Source: Bacteroides sp. (GTDB lineage: Bacteria; Bacteroidota; Bacteroidia; Bacteroidales; Muribaculaceae). Taken from it: 64,000 nt of DNA. The stretch spans positions 549 to 64,548 of the forward strand of contig JAAVDE010000037.1 of the NCBI GenBank assembly GCA_014801955.1, written 5' to 3'. Shown piece after piece: positions 17,276 through 27,571 of the stretch. The translations under genes were made by a program, and so were the position numbers. Each line of letters opens with the position of its first letter. Position 1 is the stretch's first letter. Below the pieces are notes generated by a model. That model was given only the letters and a program-made list of their open reading frames with translations. It did not search any database and had not been told where the DNA came from.

Positions 17276-20200
17276 TTAGCGTGAATATTGTTCAATTTCA
17301 GCACCGATGCCGGCGTTGTTGGTGTCTTCCCATTTCAGCGGCGAAATCTTTTCCTGAATCTTCTGGAAGATTACGAAGAGCGCCGGAACGAAGATGAGCT
17401 GCAGAATCATGCCGATCAGCATGCCGCCGATGGAGCCGGTGCCGAGGGCGCGGTTACCGTTGGCGCCGACGCCGTGGGAGAACATCAGCGGCAGCAGGCC
17501 GATGATGAGGGCGATGGAGGTCATCAGAATTGCGCGCAGACGGGCCGATGCACCCTGAATGGCGGCGTTGATGATGCTCATGCCGGTGCGGCGGCGTTCG
17601 AGGGCGAACTCAACGATCAGGATTGCGTTCTTGGCGAGCAGACCAATCAGCATGATCAGCGCAATCTGGAAGTAGATGCTGTTCGAGATCGAGAAAATCT
17701 GGGCGAACACGAACGAACCCATCAGGCCGAACGGAATCGAGAGAATAACGGCGAACGGAACGATATAGCTCTCATACTGGGCCGACAGCAGCAGGTAAAC
17801 GAACAGCAGGCAGAGGCCGAAGATGATGGCGGTTGAGTTCGAGCTCTGGGTCGATTCTTCGCGGGTCAGACCCGAGTAATCATAGCCGAAGCCGGGAGGA
17901 AGCGTTTGCTTTGCCACCTGGGCAATGGCTTCCAGAGCCTGGCCGGAGGAGAAGCCTGCGGCGGGAGTACCGGTAACGGAGATTGAGGTGAACATGTTGA
18001 AGCGGTTCAGAAGGTCGGGAGCATAGGTCTTTTCAAGAGTGATGAAGTTGCTGACCGAAGCCATCTGGCCGGTTCGGCTGTTGCGAATCTTAATGAGGTC
18101 GAGCGTTTCGGGGCTAACGCGCGATTCGGCCGGAGCCTGCATCATTACGCGATAGATTTTACCGAAGCGGTTGAAGTTCGAAACATACATGCCGCCATAG
18201 TAGCCCTGCAGGGCGGAGAGAATCTGCGAGGGGCTGAGGCCGGCCTGTTTGACCTTAGCGGCATCGATGTCGATGCGATATTGCGGGAAGGTGGGGTTAA
18301 AGGTCGTGTAGGCCGTTTGGATTTCGGGGCGCTGGTTGAGTTCGGCCAGGAAGTTCTGAACTATGGCATAGAACTCGTTAACGTCGCCGCCGGTTTTATC
18401 CTGCATCTTCAGCTCGAAACCGTTGGTTACGCCGAAGCCGGAAATCATTGGCGGAGCGAAGGCAACGACGCGGCCGTCTTTAACGACCTGGGCGGTGGCG
18501 CCGTAGATCATTCCGAGCACTGCGTCGGAGCTTTCGGCTGCCGAGCGCTGGCTCCAGTTTTTCAGCTTGAGGATGAAGGTGCCGTAGGTCGAGCCCTGGC
18601 CGGCGATGAACGAGTAGCCGACAATCTGCTGCGAGTATTCAACCGCGGGGATTTTGCTGAGAACGGCCTGCACCTGGTTCATGGTTTCGATGGTGCGTTC
18701 CTGGGAGGTGCCCGGAGGCATGTCGACCATGCAGAAGAGCGTGCCGGTGTCTTCGTTCGGAACGAGTTCGTTAGGCGTTGACTTCATCAGCCAAACCAGA
18801 ATAACGACCGCGATAACAACGGCGATGAGCGACGTGATTTTATGGTTCATGAAGAACTGCGACCATTTCTTGTAGTTGCGCTGCAGTTTTTCGAAAGTGC
18901 GCTCGAAGGCGTCCTTGAACTTGCGCGAGAACAGGCCGATGAGGGCCAGAATGGCAACTACGATGGCAACGATGCTGACCGCGGGGTTCTCGAAGTTAAA
19001 CGAGCCCAGAACCATGAACACGATGGTTGCAAGCAGCAGCAGGGAGGTTACCCAGGCGGGGAACACGAAGCGGCTCTTCATTGACTTGGCAGCGCCGGAA
19101 ACGTTCTCCTTGACGCGCGCGCCGAGCGTTGCGTTGGAGTGGTCCTCCTCGCCTTTGTGGGGTTTGAGGAACACGGCGCAGAGTGCCGGCGACAGGGTCA
19201 GAGCGTTGATAGCCGAGAAGGCGATGGCCATTGCCATTGTCAGACCGAACTGGCGGTAGAACACGCCGGCCGTGCCCGACATGAAGCTCACAGGAATGAA
19301 CACCAGCATCATTACGAGGGTAATCGAAATGATTGCGCTGCCGATTTCGCCCATGGCGTCGATGGCGGCCTTGCGGGCGCTCTTGTAGCCAACGTCGAGT
19401 TTGGCGTGGACCGCTTCGACGACAACGATGGCGTCATCGACCACGATGGCGATTGCCAGCACCAGTGCCGACAGAGTGATCAAGTTAACCGAGAAGCCGA
19501 TCATCGACATGCCGAAGAACGTGCCGATAAGGGCAACGGGGATGGCGATGGCGGGAATAATGGTTGAGCGGATGTCTTGCAGGAACAGGTAGGTCACGAG
19601 GAACACCAGGATGAAGGCCTCGATGAGAGTTTGAATAACGTGTTCAATCGAAGCATAGAGGAAGTCATTGTTGTTCATCGGAATTGCGAAGTCGAGGCCC
19701 GGGGGCAGGTCGGACTTCATTTTGTTAACCTCGGCCAAGCAATCGTTGATAATCTGGGTTGCGTTGGAGCCGGGGGTCTGGAACACCATTGCAAACGATG
19801 AACCATAGCCGTTGAGCTTGTTGGCGAAGCCATAGGTCACGCGGCCCATTTCAATGTCGGCAACGTCCTTGAGATAGAGAACGTCGCCGTTGTCGGAGGC
19901 GCGGACAACGATGTTTTCAAACTCTTCGGGGGTTTGCAGGCGGCCTTTGTAGCGCAGGGTGTACTCGAAGCTCTGGTTGCCCTGCTGGCCAAACACGCCC
20001 GGAGCGGCCTCCATGTTCTGCTCGGCGATGGCCGCAGCGATGTTGCTGGGCTCCAGGCCGTATTGCGCCATGACTTCGGGCTTGATCCAGATACGCATCG
20101 AGTAGTCGGCGGCCATACACATTACGTCACCAACGCCCGACACGCGCTGCAGCTGCGGAACGACGTTGATTTTCATGTAGTTGTCGAGGAATTCGGGCGA

Positions 20201-20650
20201 GTAAACGCCGGTGGTGTCATAGAGAGCGACGCCGACCAGCATTGAGCTCTGGCGCTTCTTGGTCGTTACGCCCACCTGAACTACTTCGGCCGGAAGCAGG
20301 TTGGTTGCGGCGCTGACGCGGTTCTGAACGTTAACGGCTGCCATGTCGGCGTTGTAGCCCTGTTCGAAGGCAACGGTGATGGTCGCGGAGCCGTTGGAGG
20401 TAGCGCTGGATTCCATGTAGGTCATGCCTTCAACGCCGTTGATGCTCTCTTCCAGAGGGGCGATGACGGAGTTGAGCACGGCCTGGGCGTTAGCGCCGGG
20501 ATATTGCGTTGATACCTGAATGGTTGGCGGCGCAATGTCGGGGAATTGCGTGATGGGGAGCGACACGAGGCCGATTATACCCAGCAACACAATGAATATT
20601 GAAATTACCGTCGATAGTACCGGGCGGTTAATAAATCTCGAAAGGTTCAT
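17276..20650 (-). CDS. RND efflux transporter permease (AcrB/HAE1-like), 1124 aa
   Basis: [28 protein letters not shown]..., with the characteristic 2x(TM + large periplasmic loop + 5 TM) layout. It also carries an extra hydrophobic insertion in the central cytoplasmic loop. Confidence 0.95.
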   Translation of the reverse strand: MNLSRFINRPVLSTVISIFIVLLGIIGLVSLPITQFPDIAPPTIQVSTQYPGANAQAVLNSVIAPLEESINGVEGMTYMESSATSNGSATITVAFEQGYNADMAAVNVQNRVSAATNLLPAEVVQVGVTTKKRQSSMLVGVALYDTTGVYSPEFLDNYMKINVVPQLQRVSGVGDVMCMAADYSMRIWIKPEVMAQYGLEPSNIAAAIAEQNMEAAPGVFGQQGNQSFEYTLRYKGRLQTPEEFENIVVRASDNGDVLYLKDVADIEMGRVTYGFANKLNGYGSSFAMVFQTPGSNATQIINDCLAEVNKMKSDLPPGLDFAIPMNNNDFLYASIEHVIQTLIEAFILVFLVTYLFLQDIRSTIIPAIAIPVALIGTFFGMSMIGFSVNLITLSALVLAIAIVVDDAIVVVEAVHAKLDVGYKSARKAAIDAMGEIGSAIISITLVMMLVFIPVSFMSGTAGVFYRQFGLTMAMAIAFSAINALTLSPALCAVFLKPHKGEEDHSNATLGARVKENVSGAAKSMKSRFVFPAWVTSLLLLATIVFMVLGSFNFENPAVSIVAIVVAILALIGLFSRKFKDAFERTFEKLQRNYKKWSQFFMNHKITSLIAVVIAVVILVWLMKSTPNELVPNEDTGTLFCMVDMPPGTSQERTIETMNQVQAVLSKIPAVEYSQQIVGYSFIAGQGSTYGTFILKLKNWSQRSAAESSDAVLGMIYGATAQVVKDGRVVAFAPPMISGFGVTNGFELKMQDKTGGDVNEFYAIVQNFLAELNQRPEIQTAYTTFNPTFPQYRIDIDAAKVKQAGLSPSQILSALQGYYGGMYVSNFNRFGKIYRVMMQAPAESRVSPETLDLIKIRNSRTGQMASVSNFITLEKTYAPDLLNRFNMFTSISVTGTPAAGFSSGQALEAIAQVAKQTLPPGFGYDYSGLTREESTQSSNSTAIIFGLCLLFVYLLLSAQYESYIVPFAVILSIPFGLMGSFVFAQIFSISNSIYFQIALIMLIGLLAKNAILIVEFALERRRTGMSIINAAIQGASARLRAILMTSIALIIGLLPLMFSHGVGANGNRALGTGSIGGMLIGMILQLIFVPALFVIFQKIQEKISPLKWEDTNNAGIGAEIEQYSR

Positions 20651-20674
20651 TATTGAATGACTTTGATGATTGGT

Positions 20675-21850
20675 TTATTTCTGCTGAGCTTGGGCGGCGG
20701 CTGCCTGGGCGGCGTCGACGGGCTGGATGGTCATGCCGGGACGGGCCTTGGTGCCGATGCCTTCGATAACGATGCGGTCGCCGGGCTTGAGGCCGGAGGT
20801 AACAACGTAGTTCTTGCCGTCCTGCTCGGGAGCGATCTGAATGGTCTGCTGGCTGAGAACGTTGTCTTTGTCAACGACCAGAACGTATTTCATGCCCTGG
20901 ATTTCGCCGGTGGCCTTCTGGGGAATGATGATTGCGTCGTTAAAGGTTACGGGAACGATAACCGAGCCGGTCGAGCCGGAGCGCAAAACGCCGTTTTCGT
21001 TGTTGAACAGCGCGCGAACGGAGCTGGCGCCGGTCGAGGCGTCGATAACGCCGCTAACGGTTGCGACCTTGCCCTTCTGGGGATAGATGGAGCCGTTGGC
21101 GAGCTTGAGCTCAACTTCGGGCATCTTGGCGATGGCGGCGTTGAGCGAGGTTGCGCCGCCGTCGGTCAGGTCAAGAATCTGGCGCTCGGTCAGCGAGAAG
21201 TAGGCATAGACCTGCGAATTGTCGCTGACGGTGGTCAGTGCCGACGAAGGAGATGCCAGGGCGCCGACGCGCAGCGGAATCGAACCGACAACGCCGCTCG
21301 ACGGAGCGGTTACCTGGGTGTAGCTCAGGTTTTTCATTGCGTTGGTCAGGCCGGCCTGAGCCTGGGCGAGCTGGGCTTTGGCCTGGGCGAGCTGGTTTTC
21401 GGAAATCTGCATGGCATGTTCCGAAATGATCTGTTTGTTATAAAGCGCGCGATTTGAGTTAACAGAAATCTGGGCGGTTTCAACTGCCGTGGTGGCAACG
21501 TTGACTGCTGCCTTTGCCTGCTCAACGGCGGCCTGATAGGGCACCTGGTCAATGGTGAAGAGCACCTGGCCCTTCTGAACGTGGGCGCCTTCGTCAACGT
21601 GGACGGCGGTGATGTTGCCGCTGATCATGGGGCGGACGTCGATGTCGGTCTTGCCCTTGATGGTTGCGGGATACTGATTCTCAAGAGTAATAGTGCCGGT
21701 TTCGATGGTTTCAACGGCCAGGGCGGGGCTTGCCTGAGCGGCCATCAGCGCAGCGCGGGCATCGTCGTTCTTGCCGCCGCAGCTGCTGAGCACTGAAAGA
21801 GCGGACAGAGCCACTGCGGCCAGCCCGAAGTTTCTGAAATTTCTCTTCAT
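20675..21850 (-). CDS. RND efflux periplasmic adaptor (membrane fusion protein)
   Basis: Lipoprotein signal LSSCGG. The layout is biotinyl-lipoyl, alpha-hairpin, then beta-barrel (GQVLFTIDQVPYQAAVEQAKA...). Confidence 0.9.
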   Translation of the reverse strand: MKRNFRNFGLAAVALSALSVLSSCGGKNDDARAALMAAQASPALAVETIETGTITLENQYPATIKGKTDIDVRPMISGNITAVHVDEGAHVQKGQVLFTIDQVPYQAAVEQAKAAVNVATTAVETAQISVNSNRALYNKQIISEHAMQISENQLAQAKAQLAQAQAGLTNAMKNLSYTQVTAPSSGVVGSIPLRVGALASPSSALTTVSDNSQVYAYFSLTERQILDLTDGGATSLNAAIAKMPEVELKLANGSIYPQKGKVATVSGVIDASTGASSVRALFNNENGVLRSGSTGSVIVPVTFNDAIIIPQKATGEIQGMKYVLVVDKDNVLSQQTIQIAPEQDGKNYVVTSGLKPGDRIVIEGIGTKARPGMTIQPVDAAQAAAAQAQQK

Positions 21851-22017
21851 AGGGTTATAAAATAATGTGTATGAAATTTACTATATGATGAACAATATGC
21901 TGCAAAGTTACGCATTTTAATTGAAAAACGTATGTTATAAAACATCTCCCATATCCCAATTTAACCACCTTTAACGGAGTATTCGACCTTTTGACCAACG
22001 ATAGCGCCATTTGACCC

Positions 22018-22063
22018 TATAAAAAACGTTGGCGAGGAGTGGCTGTCGCAGTCACTCCTCGTC
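22018..22063 (-). terminator. Putative rho-independent terminator about 140 nt downstream of the MATE gene
   Basis: On the minus strand: GACGAGGAGTG-loop-CACTCCTCGCC hairpin, followed by CAACGTTTTTTA. Confidence 0.5.
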
Positions 22064-22201
22064 GAATAATAAACCAATCATTATCACAATCATTCACACA
22101 TGAAAAAGCATCTTTCAGTTGCTTTACATCATTAGAACAACGGCGATGGCGGTTTGGTTCATTCGGGTTGCAATTTTTTTTCAGGGCCCCCGGCGCCGGG
22201 G

Positions 22202-23548
22202 TCAGCGGCGGTCTTTTAGCAGGAACAGACCGACGATTACGATCGAGGTCAGAATCTCGGCGGCGGGAATGGCGAGCCAAAGCCCCGCGTCGCCGATAAT
22301 CGAGGGGAGAATCAAGAAGGAGGGCACCAGGAATATAATACCGCGCAGAAGCGTATAGACCGTTGACCGAACGGCCTTTTCGAGGCTCTGGTAGTAGCCG
22401 ATGAAGGTGATGTTCATGGCAAAAAAGAGCGAGCAGATGCCAAAGAGCGGCAGGCCGCGGGTTGCGATGGCAAAGGCCGGTACGTCGGGCGTCAGGAAGG
22501 CCGAGACAATGGCTGTTCGCCCCAGCGCGATGCCGGTGCTGACGGCGGTTCCGCAAATCAGGGCGGTCAGCAGCGCAACCTTCAGGGTGTGGCTGACGCG
22601 CCGGTGGCTGCGGGCACCGTAGTTATAGCTGATAATCGGCTGGGCCGACTGCGCAATAGCGTTGGCTATCGAAAATACCACCGGAAATAGATAGCATGCA
22701 ATCGAATAGGCGGCAACGCCCTGCTCGCCCAGGCGCAACATGAACATGTAGTTGCCGGTAATCATCATAACGCTCATCGCAATCTCGGTCAGGAAAGTCG
22801 CGAAGCCGATTTTTACCATGTAGCCGGTGTTGCGGAGGGTGAGTTTCAGGCTTTTGACCGACAGTTTCAGCCGATAGAATTTCAGGGTGGTTGAAAAGCC
22901 GAGGAAGTAGACCAGCGCCATCAGGCCGCCGATGACGCAGCTGATAGAAGTTGCAACGGCGGCTCCCTTGACCCCCATGTTCATGGGGAATATCATAACG
23001 TAGTCGAGAATGATATTGATAGCTGCCGGAACGGCCTGACACATCATTGCATATTTCGGCGAGCCGTCGAGGCGAATCAGCATCATGCCGATGCACTGAA
23101 TCATTACGAAAATGAGCGCCGGGGAGATGAACACCATGTAGTCCATGGCGTTGCTGCGCAGCTCATCGCTGCAGCCCAGAGTGGTCAGAGTGCGATGGGG
23201 CGCAAGGAGAATGGTGGCCGTCATCAGCAGCGCAAGGACTGTGCTGGCAATGAATCCTTGCGTCAGGATGATGTTGGCGGCCTTTACGTTGCCCTCGGAG
23301 AGCTTTATGCTGGCAACGACGGACGCGCCGATGCCGAACATCAGGCCGATGCCGGAGGCTATCATATAGGTCGGGGCAACGATGTTGACCGACGCTATGC
23401 CCCCGGCGCCGACGCCGCGGCCAACGAATATGCCGTCGATAACGGTTATCAACGACGTAAAAATCATGCCGACCAGAGTCGGGAAGAACAGGGCGCGAAA
23501 CAATGGCCCGATTTTCATGGTTGCGAAATCCAGACTGTCGCGTTTCAT
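22202..23548 (-). CDS. MATE family efflux transporter
   Basis: 12-TM protein of 448 aa with a MatE-type N-terminus (LFRALFFPTLVGMIFTSLITVIDGIFVGRGVG). Confidence 0.9.
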   Translation of the reverse strand: MKRDSLDFATMKIGPLFRALFFPTLVGMIFTSLITVIDGIFVGRGVGAGGIASVNIVAPTYMIASGIGLMFGIGASVVASIKLSEGNVKAANIILTQGFIASTVLALLMTATILLAPHRTLTTLGCSDELRSNAMDYMVFISPALIFVMIQCIGMMLIRLDGSPKYAMMCQAVPAAINIILDYVMIFPMNMGVKGAAVATSISCVIGGLMALVYFLGFSTTLKFYRLKLSVKSLKLTLRNTGYMVKIGFATFLTEIAMSVMMITGNYMFMLRLGEQGVAAYSIACYLFPVVFSIANAIAQSAQPIISYNYGARSHRRVSHTLKVALLTALICGTAVSTGIALGRTAIVSAFLTPDVPAFAIATRGLPLFGICSLFFAMNITFIGYYQSLEKAVRSTVYTLLRGIIFLVPSFLILPSIIGDAGLWLAIPAAEILTSIVIVGLFLLKDRR

Positions 23549-23556
23549 GTCACATG

Positions 23557-24744
23557 TCAGAGGTTTAGGATTCTGAGGTTTTTGGGCAGGAGGTTGTTGG
23601 CGCGCGAGCCGAGATTGTTGACCCAGCCCAGGGGGTGGCCGCCATAGGTCAGCAGCAGCAGGCCGCGCGGAGCATCGGAGCCGAGGCGCAGGGCGTCGCG
23701 GCGCAGAAAGCTGAGCGCCGTGGGGCGGTCAACTTCGAACCGAGGCCATTCGGATGCATTGAAATCGGCGGCCAGGCAGGCGGCATGGGTTGGAATCTCG
23801 GTGCGTCCTTTCGGCTCCGTCAGCGGCCCCACGCCCTGCTGGAGCAGGCGCCCGGGCAGGCGGAGCGGAGCGGCGGGTTCGTTGCCCGGTTTGCTCAGCA
23901 GGGCCATGTAGAGCCCCTCGCCGCGAACGAGGTGGGGATAGAAGTGGCCGTCAACGACTCCGGGGAGCGCGGGCAGCGGCAGCTGCTCGGCGCCGAGCCG
24001 GTCCACGGCCCAGGCAACGTTGTTTTCGTTCTCCTCGCGCGAAAAGGTGCAGGTCGAGTAAATCATCGTGCCGCCCGGGCGCAGCAGCGGCCAAAGGGCT
24101 TCGATGATTTCGCGCTGAAGAGCCGCGCACGAGCTGACCAGCGCGGGCGTCCATTGCCGGCGCGCGGCCGGGTCCTTGCGCATCATTCCCTCGCCGCTGC
24201 AGGGCACGTCGGCGGCAATAACGTCGAAGCTCCCCGCGGCGAGCGAGCCCAGGCGCTGGGCCGGACCGAGCGAAACGGCGCATTTGCCGTAGCCCCACTT
24301 CATCAGGTTCTGGCAGAGCACGGCGGCACGCGCCGGCTCGAACTCGTTGGCCAGCACGAACGATCCGGGCGGCAGAGCGTCGATGGCGGCGGTGGTTTTG
24401 CCGCCGGGCGCGGCGCAGGCGTCGAGATAGCGAACCGGCCCGGTCAGCCCGAGCGAGCGAATGGCGGCGTCGATGGCCATTGACGAGGGGTCCTGAACGT
24501 AGTAGAGTCCCTGGTGAAACGCCGGGTCGAGCGTAAAGACGGGGCGCTCGGCGAGATATTCGCCGGCGTCGCACCAGGGCACGCGGTCGGCATCGGGGCC
24601 CGGTGCGCACCCTTTCAGGCGGTTATGGCGGATAGCCACAACGGGCTCACCGGCACGCAGCGTGTCGATGAGCCCTTGGGCGTTTGGTATCGCCGGATTG
24701 TCGAGTATCCGTTGCTCGAACTCCGACGGCAGTTCTACTGTCAA
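23557..24744 (-). CDS. RsmB/RsmF (NOL1/NOP2/Sun) family RNA cytosine-C5 methyltransferase
   Basis: SAM motif DACAAPGGKT and the catalytic motifs DVPCSGEG and IYSTCT. The apparent start is a TTG directly abutting the heptamer array. Confidence 0.85.
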   Translation of the reverse strand: MTVELPSEFEQRILDNPAIPNAQGLIDTLRAGEPVVAIRHNRLKGCAPGPDADRVPWCDAGEYLAERPVFTLDPAFHQGLYYVQDPSSMAIDAAIRSLGLTGPVRYLDACAAPGGKTTAAIDALPPGSFVLANEFEPARAAVLCQNLMKWGYGKCAVSLGPAQRLGSLAAGSFDVIAADVPCSGEGMMRKDPAARRQWTPALVSSCAALQREIIEALWPLLRPGGTMIYSTCTFSREENENNVAWAVDRLGAEQLPLPALPGVVDGHFYPHLVRGEGLYMALLSKPGNEPAAPLRLPGRLLQQGVGPLTEPKGRTEIPTHAACLAADFNASEWPRFEVDRPTALSFLRRDALRLGSDAPRGLLLLTYGGHPLGWVNNLGSRANNLLPKNLRILNL

Positions 24745-24775
24745 ATTACTAATTACTAATTACTAATTACTAATT
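24745..24775. repeat. Perfect heptamer microsatellite (TAATTAC)x4.4 on the + strand, which reads (TAATTAG)n in the direction of transcription
   Basis: ATTACTAATTACTAATTACTAATTACTAATT occupies essentially the whole 34-nt gap between the slyD stop (24779) and the methyltransferase start (24744). Confidence 0.95.
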
Positions 24776-24778
24776 GAA

Positions 24779-25351
24779 TCAGTTGCATCCGCAACCCTGG
24801 CAGCCGTCGCCGCAGTTGCAGCCGCCGCCACAGCCGCCGCCACACTGGCCTGCGGCGCTCGCAGCGTTGATTTCGGCCTCGGTCGCGGGGCGAACCTGGT
24901 CGATGTGGCCCTGGATTTTAACCGTGTGGCCGGCCAGCGGATGGTTGAAGTCGACTTTAACAACAACGAACTCGCTGTTGACTTCGAGAACAACGGCGGC
25001 TACCTCCTGGCCAACGTTGGTCTGGAGGAAGATTTTAGCGCCGGGGAAGATTTTTTTCTCGTCGATTTTGCCGTCTTCTTCAAACACGGCGCGGGGCACG
25101 CTCTCGGTGCGCAACATGTCGTCGCGATACTCGCCGAAGCCTTCGGCCGGCGGGAGCACAACGGTGAACTCGGCGCCCTGTTCCAGGCCGTCGATGGCGC
25201 GGGCAAGGGGCTCGAGAACGTAGGGCGTAACGCCGTAGACCATCGTTTCGGGCTCTTCGGGCGTTACCTGGTGGATGAGCTCGTCTTTGCCGTCAACAAC
25301 GTCAAACAGGTCGTAGGAAATAGCAACGTAGGCGTTCTTTTCAACTTTCAT
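24779..25351 (-). CDS. slyD: FKBP-type peptidyl-prolyl isomerase SlyD with a Cys/Gly-rich C-terminal tail
   Basis: MKVEKNAYVAISYDL..., FKBP fold with an IF-domain insert. The tail is GQCGGGCGGGCNCGDGCQGCGCN. Confidence 0.85.
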   Translation of the reverse strand: MKVEKNAYVAISYDLFDVVDGKDELIHQVTPEEPETMVYGVTPYVLEPLARAIDGLEQGAEFTVVLPPAEGFGEYRDDMLRTESVPRAVFEEDGKIDEKKIFPGAKIFLQTNVGQEVAAVVLEVNSEFVVVKVDFNHPLAGHTVKIQGHIDQVRPATEAEINAASAAGQCGGGCGGGCNCGDGCQGCGCN

Positions 25352-25391
25352 AATCTTTTGGACTTTTTTTGAGGGTTAAACTTTTCGGTTT

Positions 25392-27428
25392 TTACCAAAT
25401 GATTACGCGTTCGCTCTCGGGACGGAACATTTTGTCGCCCTCCTTGATGCCGAAGGCTTCGAAGAACGGCTCGAGGTTGCGCAGGCTAACGTTTACGCGC
25501 AGGTTGCCCAGCGAGTGAACGTCGTTGGTGGTCAGCGAGCGGATTTCCTCGTCGCGGATGTTCTGAGCCCAGAGGTTGGCATAGTTCAGGTAAAAAATCT
25601 GAGCGGGGCTGAAGCCCTGAATCTTGGCTTCTTCGCTCTTAATATCAACGCCTTTCTTGTTCTGAGAGTTCACGAAAGCGGTCATCGCAACGCGCAGGCC
25701 GCCCTGGTCGGCAATGTTCTCGCCCAGGGTGTAGGTGCCGTTGGCGTGGAGGCCCGGAAGCACCTCAACCGCGTCGAACTGCGCGGCCAGGCCCTTGGTC
25801 AGCTCCTCGAAGGCGGCAGCGTCGGCGTCGGTCCACCAGTTGGTCAGGTTGCCGTCTTTGTCGAAGTTGCGGCCCTGGTCGTCGAAGCCGTGGGTCATTT
25901 CGTGGCCGATAACAACGCCGATGCCGCCATAGTTCTCGGCGTCGGTTGCTTCGGGGTCGAAGAACGGAGCCTGCAGAATGGCTGCCGGGAACACGATTTC
26001 GTTGGCCATCGGGTTATAGTAGGCGTTAACGGTCTGCGGAGTCATGCCCCACTCGGTTTTGTCGACCGGCTTGCCCCACTTGGCGTAGGTTTCGGCCTGG
26101 TGCCACATGGAGGCGTTGTGCATATTCTCGTAGTAGGAGAGCTTCGGGTCGATGTTCATCGACGAATAGTCCTTCCACTTGTCGGGATAGCCGATCTTAA
26201 CGGTGAACGCGGCCAGCTTCTCGCGGGCGTTGGCCTTGGTCGAATCGCTCATCCAGGTCAGATTGTCGATATGCTGACCCAGCGCTTCGCGCAGGTTCTC
26301 AACCAGACCTACCATATATTCCTTCGACGATGCGGGGAAGTATTTCTCAACGTAAAGCTCGCCGATGGCTTCGCCCAGAGTGCCCTCCGTGGCGGCCAGC
26401 GCACGCTTCCAGCGGGGCTTCTGCTCGGTCACGCCGCTAACAACCTTTGCGAACTCAAAGTTCGAGTTGGTGAAATCGTCGCTCAAGAAGCTCGATGCGC
26501 CGCTGACATAGTTCCAGAGATAATAGTCCTTCAGCTCGCGCTCCGACGATTTTGCCAGCAGCTCCATGCCGCGCTTAACCGGCTCGATTTCCGTTACGAT
26601 AACCTGCTCGGGAGCCTCAATGCCCATAGTTTCAGGGAAGAAACGCTTCCAATCCAGCTCGGGATACATCTTTTCCAGCTCGGCCAGAGTGCGCGGGTTA
26701 TACATTGCCGGAATATTGCGGCTCTGCTCGCGGGTCCAGGCCTTTTCGGCCAGCGAAGTCTCGATTTTCATAACGTTGGCCATGATGCGCTCGGCGTCCT
26801 CCTTGGAGTAACCGGCATTCTGCATCTGGTCAACAATCAGCTTCTTGTAGGCCTCGCGCACCTGAGTGTTGCGCTCGTCGTTTTCCAGATAATAGTCGCG
26901 GTCGCCCAGGCCCATGCCGCCGCCCGAAACATACATTGCATACTCGTTAGAATTGCTCATATCCTCCATCGGGCCGGCGCCGAAGAAAGGCGAAGCGAAA
27001 TTGCCGTGCATCCAAATGAACAGGTCGGTCAGCGAATCCTTCGGCGTGTTCTCGATGCGCTGCAGATCGGCCAGAATCGGCTGCGCGCCCTCGGCGTTGC
27101 GACGCGTGGAATCCATTGCCAGATTATAGATCGTTGCTACCTTGAAGGCCACCGAGCCCTCCTCGGGGTTCGACGACGCAACGTTCGTTACCAGCTGGCG
27201 CACGCGCTCCTCGGCAGTGTCGCGCAGCAGGTCGAAATTCCCGAAGCGCGCATACTCGCCCGTCAGCGGATGTTCCTGCATCCAGGCATTATTAACATAC
27301 AGATAAAAATCTTCACCTGCCGGGATAGAATCCGACAGTTTTGCCAGGTCGAGGCTCTTGGTGGTAGGGGCCTTAGTGCAGGCCGTCAGAGAAATAGCCA
27401 TAGCAAGAGCAAGTTTAATAAACTTCAT
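25392..27428 (-). CDS. M13 family metalloendopeptidase (PepO/neprilysin-like) lipoprotein
   Basis: Zinc motif VIGHEMTHGFD and a downstream ENIAD motif. The lipoprotein signal is MKFIKLALAMAISLTAC, so the start is set at ATG 27428. Confidence 0.9.
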   Translation of the reverse strand: MKFIKLALAMAISLTACTKAPTTKSLDLAKLSDSIPAGEDFYLYVNNAWMQEHPLTGEYARFGNFDLLRDTAEERVRQLVTNVASSNPEEGSVAFKVATIYNLAMDSTRRNAEGAQPILADLQRIENTPKDSLTDLFIWMHGNFASPFFGAGPMEDMSNSNEYAMYVSGGGMGLGDRDYYLENDERNTQVREAYKKLIVDQMQNAGYSKEDAERIMANVMKIETSLAEKAWTREQSRNIPAMYNPRTLAELEKMYPELDWKRFFPETMGIEAPEQVIVTEIEPVKRGMELLAKSSERELKDYYLWNYVSGASSFLSDDFTNSNFEFAKVVSGVTEQKPRWKRALAATEGTLGEAIGELYVEKYFPASSKEYMVGLVENLREALGQHIDNLTWMSDSTKANAREKLAAFTVKIGYPDKWKDYSSMNIDPKLSYYENMHNASMWHQAETYAKWGKPVDKTEWGMTPQTVNAYYNPMANEIVFPAAILQAPFFDPEATDAENYGGIGVVIGHEMTHGFDDQGRNFDKDGNLTNWWTDADAAAFEELTKGLAAQFDAVEVLPGLHANGTYTLGENIADQGGLRVAMTAFVNSQNKKGVDIKSEEAKIQGFSPAQIFYLNYANLWAQNIRDEEIRSLTTNDVHSLGNLRVNVSLRNLEPFFEAFGIKEGDKMFRPESERVIIW

Positions 27429-27539
27429 GTTATGAATAGAAAAAATAAATTTGCCTGCAAAGTTACGAAAAAATCCCCCTCTCTCCAAAATATGCAATTG
27501 TTCTGCATCCGGACTTGACTAATAATTGTCATTCAAAAT

Positions 27540-27571
27540 TTTGCATAATATAAATAAATGGCGTAACTTTG
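27540..27571 (+). promoter_or_regulatory. Strong consensus Bacteroidota promoter (TTTG-N20-TAACTTTG) with no adjacent ORF
   Basis: TTTG at 27540-27543 and TAACTTTG at 27564-27571. The next credible ATG is 27935, about 360 nt downstream. Confidence 0.6.

Noticed and set aside
22183-22201. The GC palindrome CCCCGGCGCCGGGG right after the MATE gene stop as its terminator.
   Set aside because: In the transcribed (minus) orientation the hairpin is followed by an A-run, not a U-run. The T-run lies on the wrong side. A better hairpin+T-tract candidate lies at 22018-22063.
21851-22201. The 350-nt AT-rich gap between the RND operon start and the MATE gene as a hidden gene or pseudogene.
   Set aside because: Only 11-12-codon ORFs are present. 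The gap is explained by the RND operon promoter (TAACTTTG on the minus strand near 21905-21912) plus the terminator-like hairpin for the MATE gene. No residual protein similarity was recognisable by eye.
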